Origin: Fibrobacter succinogenes subsp. succinogenes S85
Lineage (GTDB): Bacteria; Fibrobacterota; Fibrobacteria; Fibrobacterales; Fibrobacteraceae
Direction of reading: 5' to 3'
DNA: 32,000 nt
Assembly (NCBI RefSeq): GCF_000146505.1
Contig: NC_017448.1
Location: 660,001 to 692,000, forward strand
This document shows positions 18,481-26,128 of the stretch, one piece after another; the first letter of the stretch is position 1; every line of letters begins with the position of its first letter. Below the pieces are notes generated by a model. The model ran no database searches and was not told where the DNA came from. It saw only the letters and a list, made by a program, of their open reading frames with translations. Position numbers and translations under genes: made by a program.

Positions 18481-19755
18481 CTATTTAACTTTTTTCTCGT
18501 CAAAGAACCAGGACCAAGTCGGCGAAGTATTTTCGCTACCATTCGTAATGCGAGTCACGCCGCTCCCATCTTTACGCATAATATAAATTTGATAATTACC
18601 GCCGCGGTCACTGGCAAATGCAATCAGCTTGCCATCGGGCGACCAAGTCGGGTGTTCGTTATTCCCTGCGTTCGAGGTCAGCTGGATAATATCCGTACCA
18701 TCAAGAGCACAAGTATAAATGTTCATCTTGCCATCGTCCATCGATGTGTAGACAATGCGATCCCCTTCCGGAGACCAGCTTGCGCGTTCATTGTAATGGC
18801 CCATGTACGTAATACGGCGCACGTCCGTGCCGTCCTTCCCTACCGCATACACTTGCGGAGAGCCACCACGATCACTCGTAAAGAGCACTTCGCTTGCAAA
18901 CGGGCTCCAAGAAGGGCTTACCTGATTCGATTTCAAGTGCAAGAACTTCTGCGCAGAACCCGTCTTCATATCGCCGCGATATAGTTCCGTCTTTGCGCCT
19001 TCCGTCACTGAGAAAAGAAGTTCTCCGGTCTTCGGGTTTACTGCCGGGCTAAACGTCTGCTTGAACTGCGTAAAGAGCGGGGTTTCCTTGCCGCCAAATG
19101 TGATGGCGTAAAGGTTCGGGCGTTGCTTGCGGAAGTTCACATACACAAGGCCCTTGTTGCCCTTCTGCCAAACCGGCATCATATTGATTGAAGAATCACG
19201 CGTAATCTGGCGACGAGAAAAACCATCGTAATCCGAAATCACGACCTGCTTCACGCCATCAATTTTCGAGACATAAGCAAGCTTTGTCGATGCAACACCG
19301 CGTTCCCCGAACAAGCGATAAACGACCTTGTCAAAGAACGAATGCACCGCCTGACGCACGTCATAAGGCTTCACGGTATAGCTTTCGCCAAGCAACACGT
19401 CCTTCGTTTCGGCGGCATACAGATAGCAATCGAGCTTGATTTTCCCGTTCGAGAGCTTGGTCGCTGTACCGGTCACATACTGGCGAGCGCGCTTCTTGCT
19501 AAAAAGCACCAAGTCAAACTTGTCCGAATTCACGGCTTCAAAACGCCCGGAGAGATTGGCATCGCGCGTCAAAATCAGATGCGGAGCTTCGTTTGTCCAC
19601 TTGATAGTTCCTTCTTCTTCAAAAGGCACAACGCCAATCGGCATCGTCTGGAATACCGAAATACCCACATCCACAGCAATCGTATCAATTGCCGCAAAAG
19701 CAGGCGCCGCAAGCGCCATCGCAACAAACACAAAAAGCAATTTTATTTTATTCAT
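18481..19755 (-). CDS. tolB: Tol-Pal system beta-propeller protein TolB
   Basis: 424 aa with a signal peptide and repeated WSP(D/E)G / TSDRGG propeller blades. Confidence 0.9.
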   Translation of the reverse strand: MNKIKLLFVFVAMALAAPAFAAIDTIAVDVGISVFQTMPIGVVPFEEEGTIKWTNEAPHLILTRDANLSGRFEAVNSDKFDLVLFSKKRARQYVTGTATKLSNGKIKLDCYLYAAETKDVLLGESYTVKPYDVRQAVHSFFDKVVYRLFGERGVASTKLAYVSKIDGVKQVVISDYDGFSRRQITRDSSINMMPVWQKGNKGLVYVNFRKQRPNLYAITFGGKETPLFTQFKQTFSPAVNPKTGELLFSVTEGAKTELYRGDMKTGSAQKFLHLKSNQVSPSWSPFASEVLFTSDRGGSPQVYAVGKDGTDVRRITYMGHYNERASWSPEGDRIVYTSMDDGKMNIYTCALDGTDIIQLTSNAGNNEHPTWSPDGKLIAFASDRGGNYQIYIMRKDGSGVTRITNGSENTSPTWSWFFDEKKVK

Positions 19756-19764
19756 AGTTATTTT

Positions 19765-20697
19765 CTAATTCGGCGTAAAGTTAAACTGCAACACAAGACT
19801 TGATCCCTTGTACGTCGGCGGGAGTTCCGGCAACTTCGAAATCTTCACCGCTCGCATCGACAAATGGTCCCATGCACTGTTCGACGAAGAACGCTTGAGG
19901 AACACACTAGTTATCGCACCCGAGCGTTCAACTGTAAACTGCACCATCGTCTTTGCATCACGATCAATCGTCAGTCCATTTGGCGGATTGAAATTGCTCA
20001 TGATTTTCGCCTTCGCGCGTTCCAGGAAAACCTGCATCAGCGGGTCCATATCAATCGGATTCACCGCCTTGAGGCTCGGCATTTCAAACGACTTCTGCAA
20101 ATTCAAGTCATCGATATCAAAGTCGTCATCCTTCGGCTTTTTCGCAGGTTTCTTTTCAACCTTCTTCTTTTCAACCGTTTTCTTTGCGACTTTTTCTACC
20201 GGCTTTTCAACAGGCTTCTCGACGGGCTTCGGTTTTTCGACCTTTTCTTCCGGCTTCTTTTCTTCGGCCTTGGGTTCCGGCACAGGCACAGGTTCCGGAG
20301 TATCCGGCTTCACTTCGGGAGCGGGCTCTTCAGGAACTTGCGGAGCTTCCGGCTCTAGCGTTTTTACAGGAGTCGGCTCTGGAGCGGGCTCCGGTTCCGG
20401 AGTCGTTTCAGGCACAGGCTCGGGCGGTTGCGGAGGCGGAGGTTCCACCTTCGGCGCTTGCTGCGGTTCAGGCTCCGGCAAAGCAGTCTTAGCCGCAGGA
20501 GCTTTTACCGGTTCATCGACTTGCACCATCTCGAACACGGGAATTTCTTCGGCAGGCTTGCTCAAATCAATGTTGTTGAGAGCGATCAAAGTCCCGACAA
20601 CCGCCAAATGAAACACGACAGCACACACGATGATCTTGAACAAAGATCCATCGTTTTCCGTCTCGAAATATTGGATATGGTCCCTATTTCTTTCCAT
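19765..20697 (-). CDS. TolA/TonB-type energy transducer (Pro/Glu/Lys-rich spacer, TonB_C-like C-terminus)
   Basis: 310 aa with an N-terminal anchor helix, a PEPxP and (EKPV)n spacer, and a C-terminal globular domain. Its position between tolR and tolB argues for the TolA role. Confidence 0.75.
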   Translation of the reverse strand: MERNRDHIQYFETENDGSLFKIIVCAVVFHLAVVGTLIALNNIDLSKPAEEIPVFEMVQVDEPVKAPAAKTALPEPEPQQAPKVEPPPPQPPEPVPETTPEPEPAPEPTPVKTLEPEAPQVPEEPAPEVKPDTPEPVPVPEPKAEEKKPEEKVEKPKPVEKPVEKPVEKVAKKTVEKKKVEKKPAKKPKDDDFDIDDLNLQKSFEMPSLKAVNPIDMDPLMQVFLERAKAKIMSNFNPPNGLTIDRDAKTMVQFTVERSGAITSVFLKRSSSNSAWDHLSMRAVKISKLPELPPTYKGSSLVLQFNFTPN

Positions 20698-21100
20698 TTA
20701 CCAGTTCGTCTTTTGGAGTCATTGTCAAGAAACCGAGCTTCGTTACACCGAGCTTTTGTACCTGCGTCACAACCTTCATCACAAAGCCGTAACTTACAGC
20801 TTCGTCCGAATTGATGACCACAGCCATTTCGCCGTTCCACAGCGACTTGAAAATGCTCTCGAAACTTTCCATGTCCACCTGCATATCGGCAATGAAAATT
20901 TCGAGATTCTTGGTGATGGAAACTTTCAAAAGTTTCTGCTGTTCCATCGTCGGAGCCTTGACCTGCGGGAGATTGACCTTTACGCCTTGGCTCATCAACG
21001 GTGCGCACAAAATAAACACAATCAAGATGGCGAACACGATGTCAATCATGTTCGTGAGGTTGAGTTCCTGCTTTAAGTCCTTACGGCGGCTGCGTTTCAC
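20684..21100 (-). CDS. tolR: ExbD/TolR-family biopolymer transport protein
   Basis: 138 aa with LNLTNMIDIVFAILIVFIL, as in ExbD/TolR. It overlaps both neighbouring genes. Confidence 0.85.
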   Translation of the reverse strand: MKRSRRKDLKQELNLTNMIDIVFAILIVFILCAPLMSQGVKVNLPQVKAPTMEQQKLLKVSITKNLEIFIADMQVDMESFESIFKSLWNGEMAVVINSDEAVSYGFVMKVVTQVQKLGVTKLGFLTMTPKDELVNGKK

Positions 21101-21810
21101 GCTTCCTCCTCGGCAACTCCTTCAACAGCGAGCATGTCACCTCTCTTGAACAAGCTCAAAACTTGCGATCCAAAGTTGTAATAAGAAGTTTCGTTAGAAC
21201 CATTCTTCGAGGTAAAGTAATTGTACCCGGCAGAGGCAGGGATAGCCACCAAAAGGCCCGCCACCGTAGTGATAAGAGCCATGGCAATACCCGGAGCAAC
21301 AACCGTCAAGTCCGCAGAGCCATGATGACCAATCTGGAAGAACGCAATCATGATGCCCCAAACCGTACCCAACAAGCCAAAGAACGGCGCGAGGTTAGAA
21401 CTTGTGGCAAGGAAAGTCAAATAGCGGTCCTCGCCCATGCGGATGCCTTCAATTGAACGCTGGATAGCGTCTTCAAGCAGGGAGGAGCGGTGCTGAATGG
21501 ATTCGTAAGTTACTTTACCCTTAAACTTGGACACTTCGTTCAAGACTTCGACGCTCAGCAGACGGAGCGCACTATCGTTCGAAACCGTGCAAAGTTTTTG
21601 GAGTTCAGAGAAATGCTTGAGCTTGCAAAATTCCTTAAAGAACTTGGCATTGGCACGCAAATTTGATTTATGCTTAAAGAATTTCACGATGATGATGCCC
21701 CAGGAACCCAGCGACATAAAAGCGAGAATCCCGAGAATAATCATGGTCACAATATCGGACTGCGTAATCATTTGCAGGACAGGTACTGTATTGTTCAAGA
21801 CAACCTCCAA
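21097..21810 (-). CDS. tolQ: MotA/TolQ/ExbB-family proton channel
   Basis: 237 aa with three TM helices and APFFGLLGTVWGIM...VAPGIAMALITTVAGL. Confidence 0.85.
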   Translation of the reverse strand: MEVVLNNTVPVLQMITQSDIVTMIILGILAFMSLGSWGIIIVKFFKHKSNLRANAKFFKEFCKLKHFSELQKLCTVSNDSALRLLSVEVLNEVSKFKGKVTYESIQHRSSLLEDAIQRSIEGIRMGEDRYLTFLATSSNLAPFFGLLGTVWGIMIAFFQIGHHGSADLTVVAPGIAMALITTVAGLLVAIPASAGYNYFTSKNGSNETSYYNFGSQVLSLFKRGDMLAVEGVAEEEA

Positions 21811-21993
21811 AAAAATTTTACAAAATTATACGTACTATATTATAATACAAAAAAGCACTATAGAAAGTGGCATTCCATGCGTTTAACAACACTTTTTTTG
21901 ACAAATGCTGCAAAACTACTTCTTTGCATGATATTTTTTGTATATTAAAATCACAAAACAATATATCTGGATTTTAATTCCAAGGAGAAAAAA

Positions 21994-22533
21994 ATGAAAA
22001 AACTCATCGCATGCTTAGCTCTTGCAGCTCTTTTCGCAGGTTGCTCCAGCAATCCGCCGCAGACTCCGCAAGAAAAGTCTGCAAGCCTTCTCGTCGAAAT
22101 GCAGATGCAGAAGAAGAACTACCTCAAGCAGCACATTCCGGCAGGTATCGGTATTGGCGAATCTGCTAACGAACAGCTCGCTTACGAAAAGGCCGACCAG
22201 AACGCTCGCGTAGACCTCGCCAAGTCTATCGACGCTCAGACCAAGGCTCTTATCAAGAACTTCAAGGAAGAAGTTAGCGATGAAATTGCCGAACACTTCC
22301 AGAGCACGTCCAAGACCGCAGTGGACCAGCGCCTCAATGGTGCAACGCTCAACGACGTCAAGGTCGAAACCACTGCTGATGGCAAGTTCAAGGTCTACGG
22401 CGTGATGACGCTCGACTCTGACCTCGTCTCTGAATACATCAAGATGCTCGAACAGCAGGAAAAGAAAGAAGAAGCTGAAAAGATTCGCGCCGCTGCTGAA
22501 AAGGCATACGCTGAACTTGATGAAATGGACTAA
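21994..22533 (+). CDS. Putative lipoprotein (possibly LPP20-family)
   Basis: 179 aa. AAGGAG at 21982-21987 precedes the start. It has lipobox LFAGCSS and a charged helical C-terminus. The LPP20 resemblance (GIGIGES...AYEKADQNARVDLAKSI) is from memory only. Confidence 0.6.
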   Translation: MKKLIACLALAALFAGCSSNPPQTPQEKSASLLVEMQMQKKNYLKQHIPAGIGIGESANEQLAYEKADQNARVDLAKSIDAQTKALIKNFKEEVSDEIAEHFQSTSKTAVDQRLNGATLNDVKVETTADGKFKVYGVMTLDSDLVSEYIKMLEQQEKKEEAEKIRAAAEKAYAELDEMD

Positions 22534-22555
22534 TAATCCTACTTAAGTTTCAAGC

Positions 22556-22589
22556 AAAAAGACATTGGCTAAGCCAATGTCTTTTTTTT
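22556..22589. terminator. Bidirectional rho-independent terminator between the lipoprotein gene and folC
   Basis: Stem gacattggc (22561-22569) pairs with gccaatgtc (22573-22581) around loop taa. An A-run lies upstream and a T8 run downstream. Confidence 0.8.
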
Positions 22590-22621
22590 AATCGCGCTAC
22601 GCGCCCATTAGTACGCGCCAA

Positions 22622-23911
22622 TTAACGATGTTCGTTTGTCGTAGGTTCCATCCCACGGAAAAACGCGAGCCCGTCAAAATCGTCCTTGAGCGCCTGCACA
22701 GTAGCCCCGATCATATAAAGGCTACCCGTAATGAGCACAGGCGAACCATCCGTAACGCTTGCACAAACTTCATTGAGATACTCGCGGGAAAACTCACCCG
22801 CACTTGCAACATTCAACCCGAGTTTTTCAAGTTCACCCTGCAAGTCTTCAAGTTCACGGAATCGCGGGTACGGCGTACGCGTGATATGCCAAGCGCTCAC
22901 GTGCGGAGCCATGAGCTTGAGCATCTCGCCCACATCCTTGTCACGAAGCGCACCAAACACGCAATGGAACTTCTGATTCGGGTAATACTTGTCAAGCGTC
23001 TCGACCAGGCGACGAACTGCGTGGGAATTGTGAGCGCCATCTAGAATAAACTTCGTCACGCCATTTGCATCGATAAGCTTTTGCATACGGCCCGCCCAGG
23101 AGCGAGTCGTAAGAGTCTTGAGCGCAAGAGAGTCATCAAACTTATTCAAGAACAATTCCGCCGCCTTAAGAGAAAGGCTTGCGTTCTCGATATAATGTTG
23201 TCCTAAATTTGGAAGTTCAATATCATTACGGATTTCAGGGACGACACAAGAGCAACCATGCGACGCCGCAAAGACTTTGGCTTCAGCAATCAATGCATCA
23301 TTCAAGCCACCCAAGACAAAAGTCTTGCTACGGCCATTTGAAAGAATACTTTGTGCAGAACCCGCCACACCCATTTTTTCCTTGAGGATTGCCGATTCCG
23401 TGCTACCGAGAACTTCCGTGTGCTCCAGCCCGATGCTCGTGAGCACAATCAGTTCGCCATCGGCAACGGCGGTGCTATCCAAGCGACCGCCCATACCCGC
23501 TTCCAAGACCGCCACATCAATATTCTGTTCAGCGTAATAGAGGAACGCGACAATCGTCAAAACTTCAAAAAACGTCGGTTCCACTTGAGTCTCTTCGGCA
23601 GCGGCCTTGACCTGCATAATCAAACGGTCGAGCGATTCATCGTCAATCGGCAAATCGTTCACGCGAATGCGTTCACGCATGCTCACCAAATGCGGACTCG
23701 TATAAAGTCCAGTCTTGAGACCGTGTGCCTGCAAAACACCCGACAAGTAATAGCTCGTCGAGCCCTTGCCGTTCGTGCCTACAACATGTATCGTCTTAAA
23801 CTTTTTTTGAGGATTTCCGAGAGCTTCGCAAAGTTTACGGGTAGAAGCAAGACCCGGCATCATCCCGAATATGAGGCGGGAATTCAAATATTCCAATCCG
23901 TTCTGAATCAT
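22622..23911 (-). CDS. folC: Bifunctional folylpolyglutamate synthase / dihydrofolate synthase
   Basis: 429 aa with the Mur-ligase P-loop HVVGTNGKGST, and it is colinear with FolC. Confidence 0.9.
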   Translation of the reverse strand: MIQNGLEYLNSRLIFGMMPGLASTRKLCEALGNPQKKFKTIHVVGTNGKGSTSYYLSGVLQAHGLKTGLYTSPHLVSMRERIRVNDLPIDDESLDRLIMQVKAAAEETQVEPTFFEVLTIVAFLYYAEQNIDVAVLEAGMGGRLDSTAVADGELIVLTSIGLEHTEVLGSTESAILKEKMGVAGSAQSILSNGRSKTFVLGGLNDALIAEAKVFAASHGCSCVVPEIRNDIELPNLGQHYIENASLSLKAAELFLNKFDDSLALKTLTTRSWAGRMQKLIDANGVTKFILDGAHNSHAVRRLVETLDKYYPNQKFHCVFGALRDKDVGEMLKLMAPHVSAWHITRTPYPRFRELEDLQGELEKLGLNVASAGEFSREYLNEVCASVTDGSPVLITGSLYMIGATVQALKDDFDGLAFFRGMEPTTNEHR

Positions 23912-23929
23912 GGTCTACAATATAGAAAA

Positions 23930-23960
23930 GACGAGAGACGAAAGACGAGAGACGAGAGAG
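23930..23960. repeat. Tandem heptamer repeat (GACGARA)x4
   Basis: gacgaga gacgaaa gacgaga gacgaga gag. On the folC sense strand this is a pyrimidine-rich (TYTCGTC)n tract 18 nt upstream of the folC ATG. Confidence 0.8.
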
Positions 23961-24113
23961 GTGTGGGGTATGGGGTCGGCACGTTGTGCTCTGGGGTCAC
24001 TTCGCTTTCAGGTTGCCTAGCTTTGCAAGGCTCTGGGCATTTCTAATTACAATTGCCCATATCCCAAAGGGGCGCAAGCCCCGTGCTCATAGCCCAAAGC
24101 GAAGCGTGCCCAA
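23961..24113. repeat. Second copy-set of the intergenic mini-hairpin repeat family, arranged as an imperfect dyad
   Basis: ggggtatgggg (23965-23975) is identical to 5379-5389. Forward units: cccatatcccaaag + ggggc-gcaa-gcccc (24056-24082) and ctcatagcccaaag + gcgaagc (24086-24105). The left arm in reverse complement reads ...tgaaagcgaagtgacccca..., which mirrors the right arm ...ccaaagcgaagcgtgcccaa.... Confidence 0.65.
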
Positions 24114-24163
24114 CAACTAAAATGATTACATTTCTATCACACACAACAAGAGGTTTTGTTTAT

Positions 24164-24907
24164 ATGAAAGTTTCAGCAAGCGCTGTCGCTTTGATTCTTT
24201 GCGTTTTCGCAGCATTTTCGTTTGCGAAAGTCGACCCCGAGGCCGCACCCCGTCACTACAACTACCGCGATGCGGGCAAGCAAATGAGACGCATCTACTA
24301 CGGCGAACTCCAGGAGACAATCTACTGCGGTTGCCGCTATCTCGACAAAAAGCACGTGGACTTTAGCACCTGCAACTACAAGCCGCGCGAAAACCCGAAC
24401 CGTAAAAGCCTTGAACGCACCAAGCGCATCGAGTGGGAACACATCGTGACCGCCCACAACATGGGTAAGCACCTCCCCTGCTGGCGCGACGGCGGTCGCA
24501 AGAACTGCAGTGCCAACGACACCACGTTCAAGATCATGGAAGGCGACCTCCACAACCTCTACCCCGCCATCGGCGAAGTGAACGGAGACCGCAACAACTT
24601 CATGTTCAGCCAGTGGACGAACAACCCAGCCCCCATGTACGGCGAGTGCGAAACCATCGTCGATTTCAAGGACAAGAAGGTCCAACCCCGCAAAGAAGTC
24701 CGAGGCCTGATTGCCCGCGTGCATTTCTACATGGAAAAGACCTACAACATCAACATTTCCAAACAGGACCGCAAGCTTTTTGAAGCTTGGGACAAGATGT
24801 ACCCCGTCACCGAGCGCGAATGCGAACGAGACCGCCGCATTTTCAAGGTCCAAGGCGACCACAACCCCTTCGTCTTCGAGAAATGCCAAGATTCTGTTGA
24901 CAAGTAG
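24164..24907 (+). CDS. endA: Secreted endonuclease I family DNase
   Basis: The ORF track starts at 24053. I prefer ATG 24164 (MKVSASAVALILCVFAAFSFAKV, a signal peptide) with AAGAGG at 24149-24154. Endonuclease_1 motifs are YCGCRY, EWEHIV and DLHNLYPAIGEVNGDRNNF. Confidence 0.85.
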   Translation: MKVSASAVALILCVFAAFSFAKVDPEAAPRHYNYRDAGKQMRRIYYGELQETIYCGCRYLDKKHVDFSTCNYKPRENPNRKSLERTKRIEWEHIVTAHNMGKHLPCWRDGGRKNCSANDTTFKIMEGDLHNLYPAIGEVNGDRNNFMFSQWTNNPAPMYGECETIVDFKDKKVQPRKEVRGLIARVHFYMEKTYNINISKQDRKLFEAWDKMYPVTERECERDRRIFKVQGDHNPFVFEKCQDSVDK

Positions 24908-25004
24908 TGAACATTTGACTAAATTTGAAGTCCAAATCTCGCATGTCGTGCCAAGCTCTGCCAACTTGCGAGCGTAACCAAAGAGCTTCCTCAAAGAGGT
25001 AAAT

Positions 25005-25610
25005 ATGTCCTCCTTCCGCGGACCTAAAGGTAAAGTAGCACGCTCTCTCGGCGTTGCCGTTTCTCAGAAGACTCAAAAGGCTCTCGACCGCCGCAACTTC
25101 GCACCTGGCCAGCATGGTCAGACCCGCAAGAAGTCTGCTTCCGTTTACAAGCAGCAGTTGGTCGAAAAGCAGCGTCTTCGTTTCACCTACAACATTTCCG
25201 AAGCTCAGCTTGCCAAGGCATACAAGGAAGCTAACCGTCGTGAAGGTTCTGCAGGTGATAACCTGATGATCTTGCTCGAAACACGTCTTGACGCAGTCGT
25301 CTACCGCATGGGTTTTGCCCGTACGATCTTCGCTGCTCGTCAGTACGTTGCACACGGTCACTTCACTGTGAACGGTGTTCGTAGCTTCTCTCCGAGCCGC
25401 CTCATCAAGGCTGGCGACGTGATCGCTGTTCGTGAACAGTCCAAGGAACACGTGCAGATCAAGGAAGCAATCGCTTCTGCAGCTGCCGCTCCGGAATACT
25501 TGTCTGTCGATCTCGGCAAGATGCAGGGTACTCTCGTGAAGCTTCCGCTCCGCGACCAGATCCCGGTCAAGCTCGAAGAACAGCTCGTCGTGGAATACTA
25601 CTCCAGGTAG
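25005..25610 (+). CDS. rpsD: 30S ribosomal protein S4
   Basis: 201 aa with RGPKGKVARSLG...QHGQTRKK...YKQQLVEKQRLRFTY and a C-terminal S4 domain. Confidence 0.95.
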   Translation: MSSFRGPKGKVARSLGVAVSQKTQKALDRRNFAPGQHGQTRKKSASVYKQQLVEKQRLRFTYNISEAQLAKAYKEANRREGSAGDNLMILLETRLDAVVYRMGFARTIFAARQYVAHGHFTVNGVRSFSPSRLIKAGDVIAVREQSKEHVQIKEAIASAAAAPEYLSVDLGKMQGTLVKLPLRDQIPVKLEEQLVVEYYSR

Positions 25611-25642
25611 TAAACCGCTTAGAGCCAAAAAGACTCAAGCTT

Positions 25643-26062
25643 TTAAAGACGCTCGCAGTAATGCGGGCGTTTTTGTTTTCGCTGACGTTCCTTTTTAACT
25701 TTATGTTTTATCTTAAGCATAGCCAAATTCAATTCTATTTCCGTTTCTGTTTCAGATTCTTCCAAATCATTCGTAAGAACATTTGAAATTATTTCTCCAC
25801 TACGCTTCAACAAAGACTTTCGTTCCGATTCATCTACGACATGAGGAATACTAGCTACAGCACGCGATAATTCTCTAATTTCAACAAATGTATCTATAAT
25901 ATTTATCGTTGTCTGGATAGCTATTTTTCCCCTTAATATCGTAGCTAGCATATATAAACCGCGTTCTGTAAATGCAGTTGGATTAACAGGGCTAAATTTC
26001 AACTTTCCAAGGTGGTCAAATTTTTTTACCACCTTTTTTATAACTCCACAAGAAACACTCAC
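25643..26062 (-). pseudogene. N-terminally truncated ORF6N/KilA-N-like ORF in an AT-rich islet (probable mobile-element remnant)
   Basis: FTERGLYMLATILRGKIAIQTTINIIDTFVEIRE resembles the C-terminal core of ORF6N-domain proteins as I remember it (YAFTEQGVAMLSSVLRS..AVQVNI.IMRAF). The usual N-terminal ~50 aa are absent. The only start is GTG 26062-26060. The 3' end runs into the rpsD terminator. Composition is far more AT-rich than the flanks. Confidence 0.4.
25650..25679 (+). terminator. rpsD rho-independent terminator
   Basis: Stem cgctcgca (25650-25657) pairs with tgcgggcg (25662-25669, one G-U pair) around loop gtaa, followed by tttttgtttt. Confidence 0.75.
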
Positions 26063-26128
26063 AACACTTTTAAATTATTTCATCTACAAAACAGGACGGG
26101 AGCCCAATACATTTCTATTTTAGATGCC

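Noticed and set aside
20150-20480. Short tandem DNA repeats (gaaaagccggt-type and ccggagcc-type) that could be mistaken for a repeat array.
   Set aside because: They encode the (EKPV)n and PEPxP spacer of the TolA/TonB-like protein in frame. They are not CRISPR-like, as there are no regular unique spacers.
24053-24163. An upstream extension of the endonuclease I ORF (MPISQRGASPVLIAQSEACP...).
   Set aside because: It is encoded by the intergenic repeat units. ATG 24164 gives a classical signal peptide and has an AAGAGG ribosome-binding site.
26012-26128. An upstream extension of the GH8 ORF (MVKFFYHLFYNSTRNTH...).
   Set aside because: It lies in the AT-rich islet and overlaps the ORF6N-like ORF. 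The similarity to Rex-type GH8 begins at the Met encoded at 26129.
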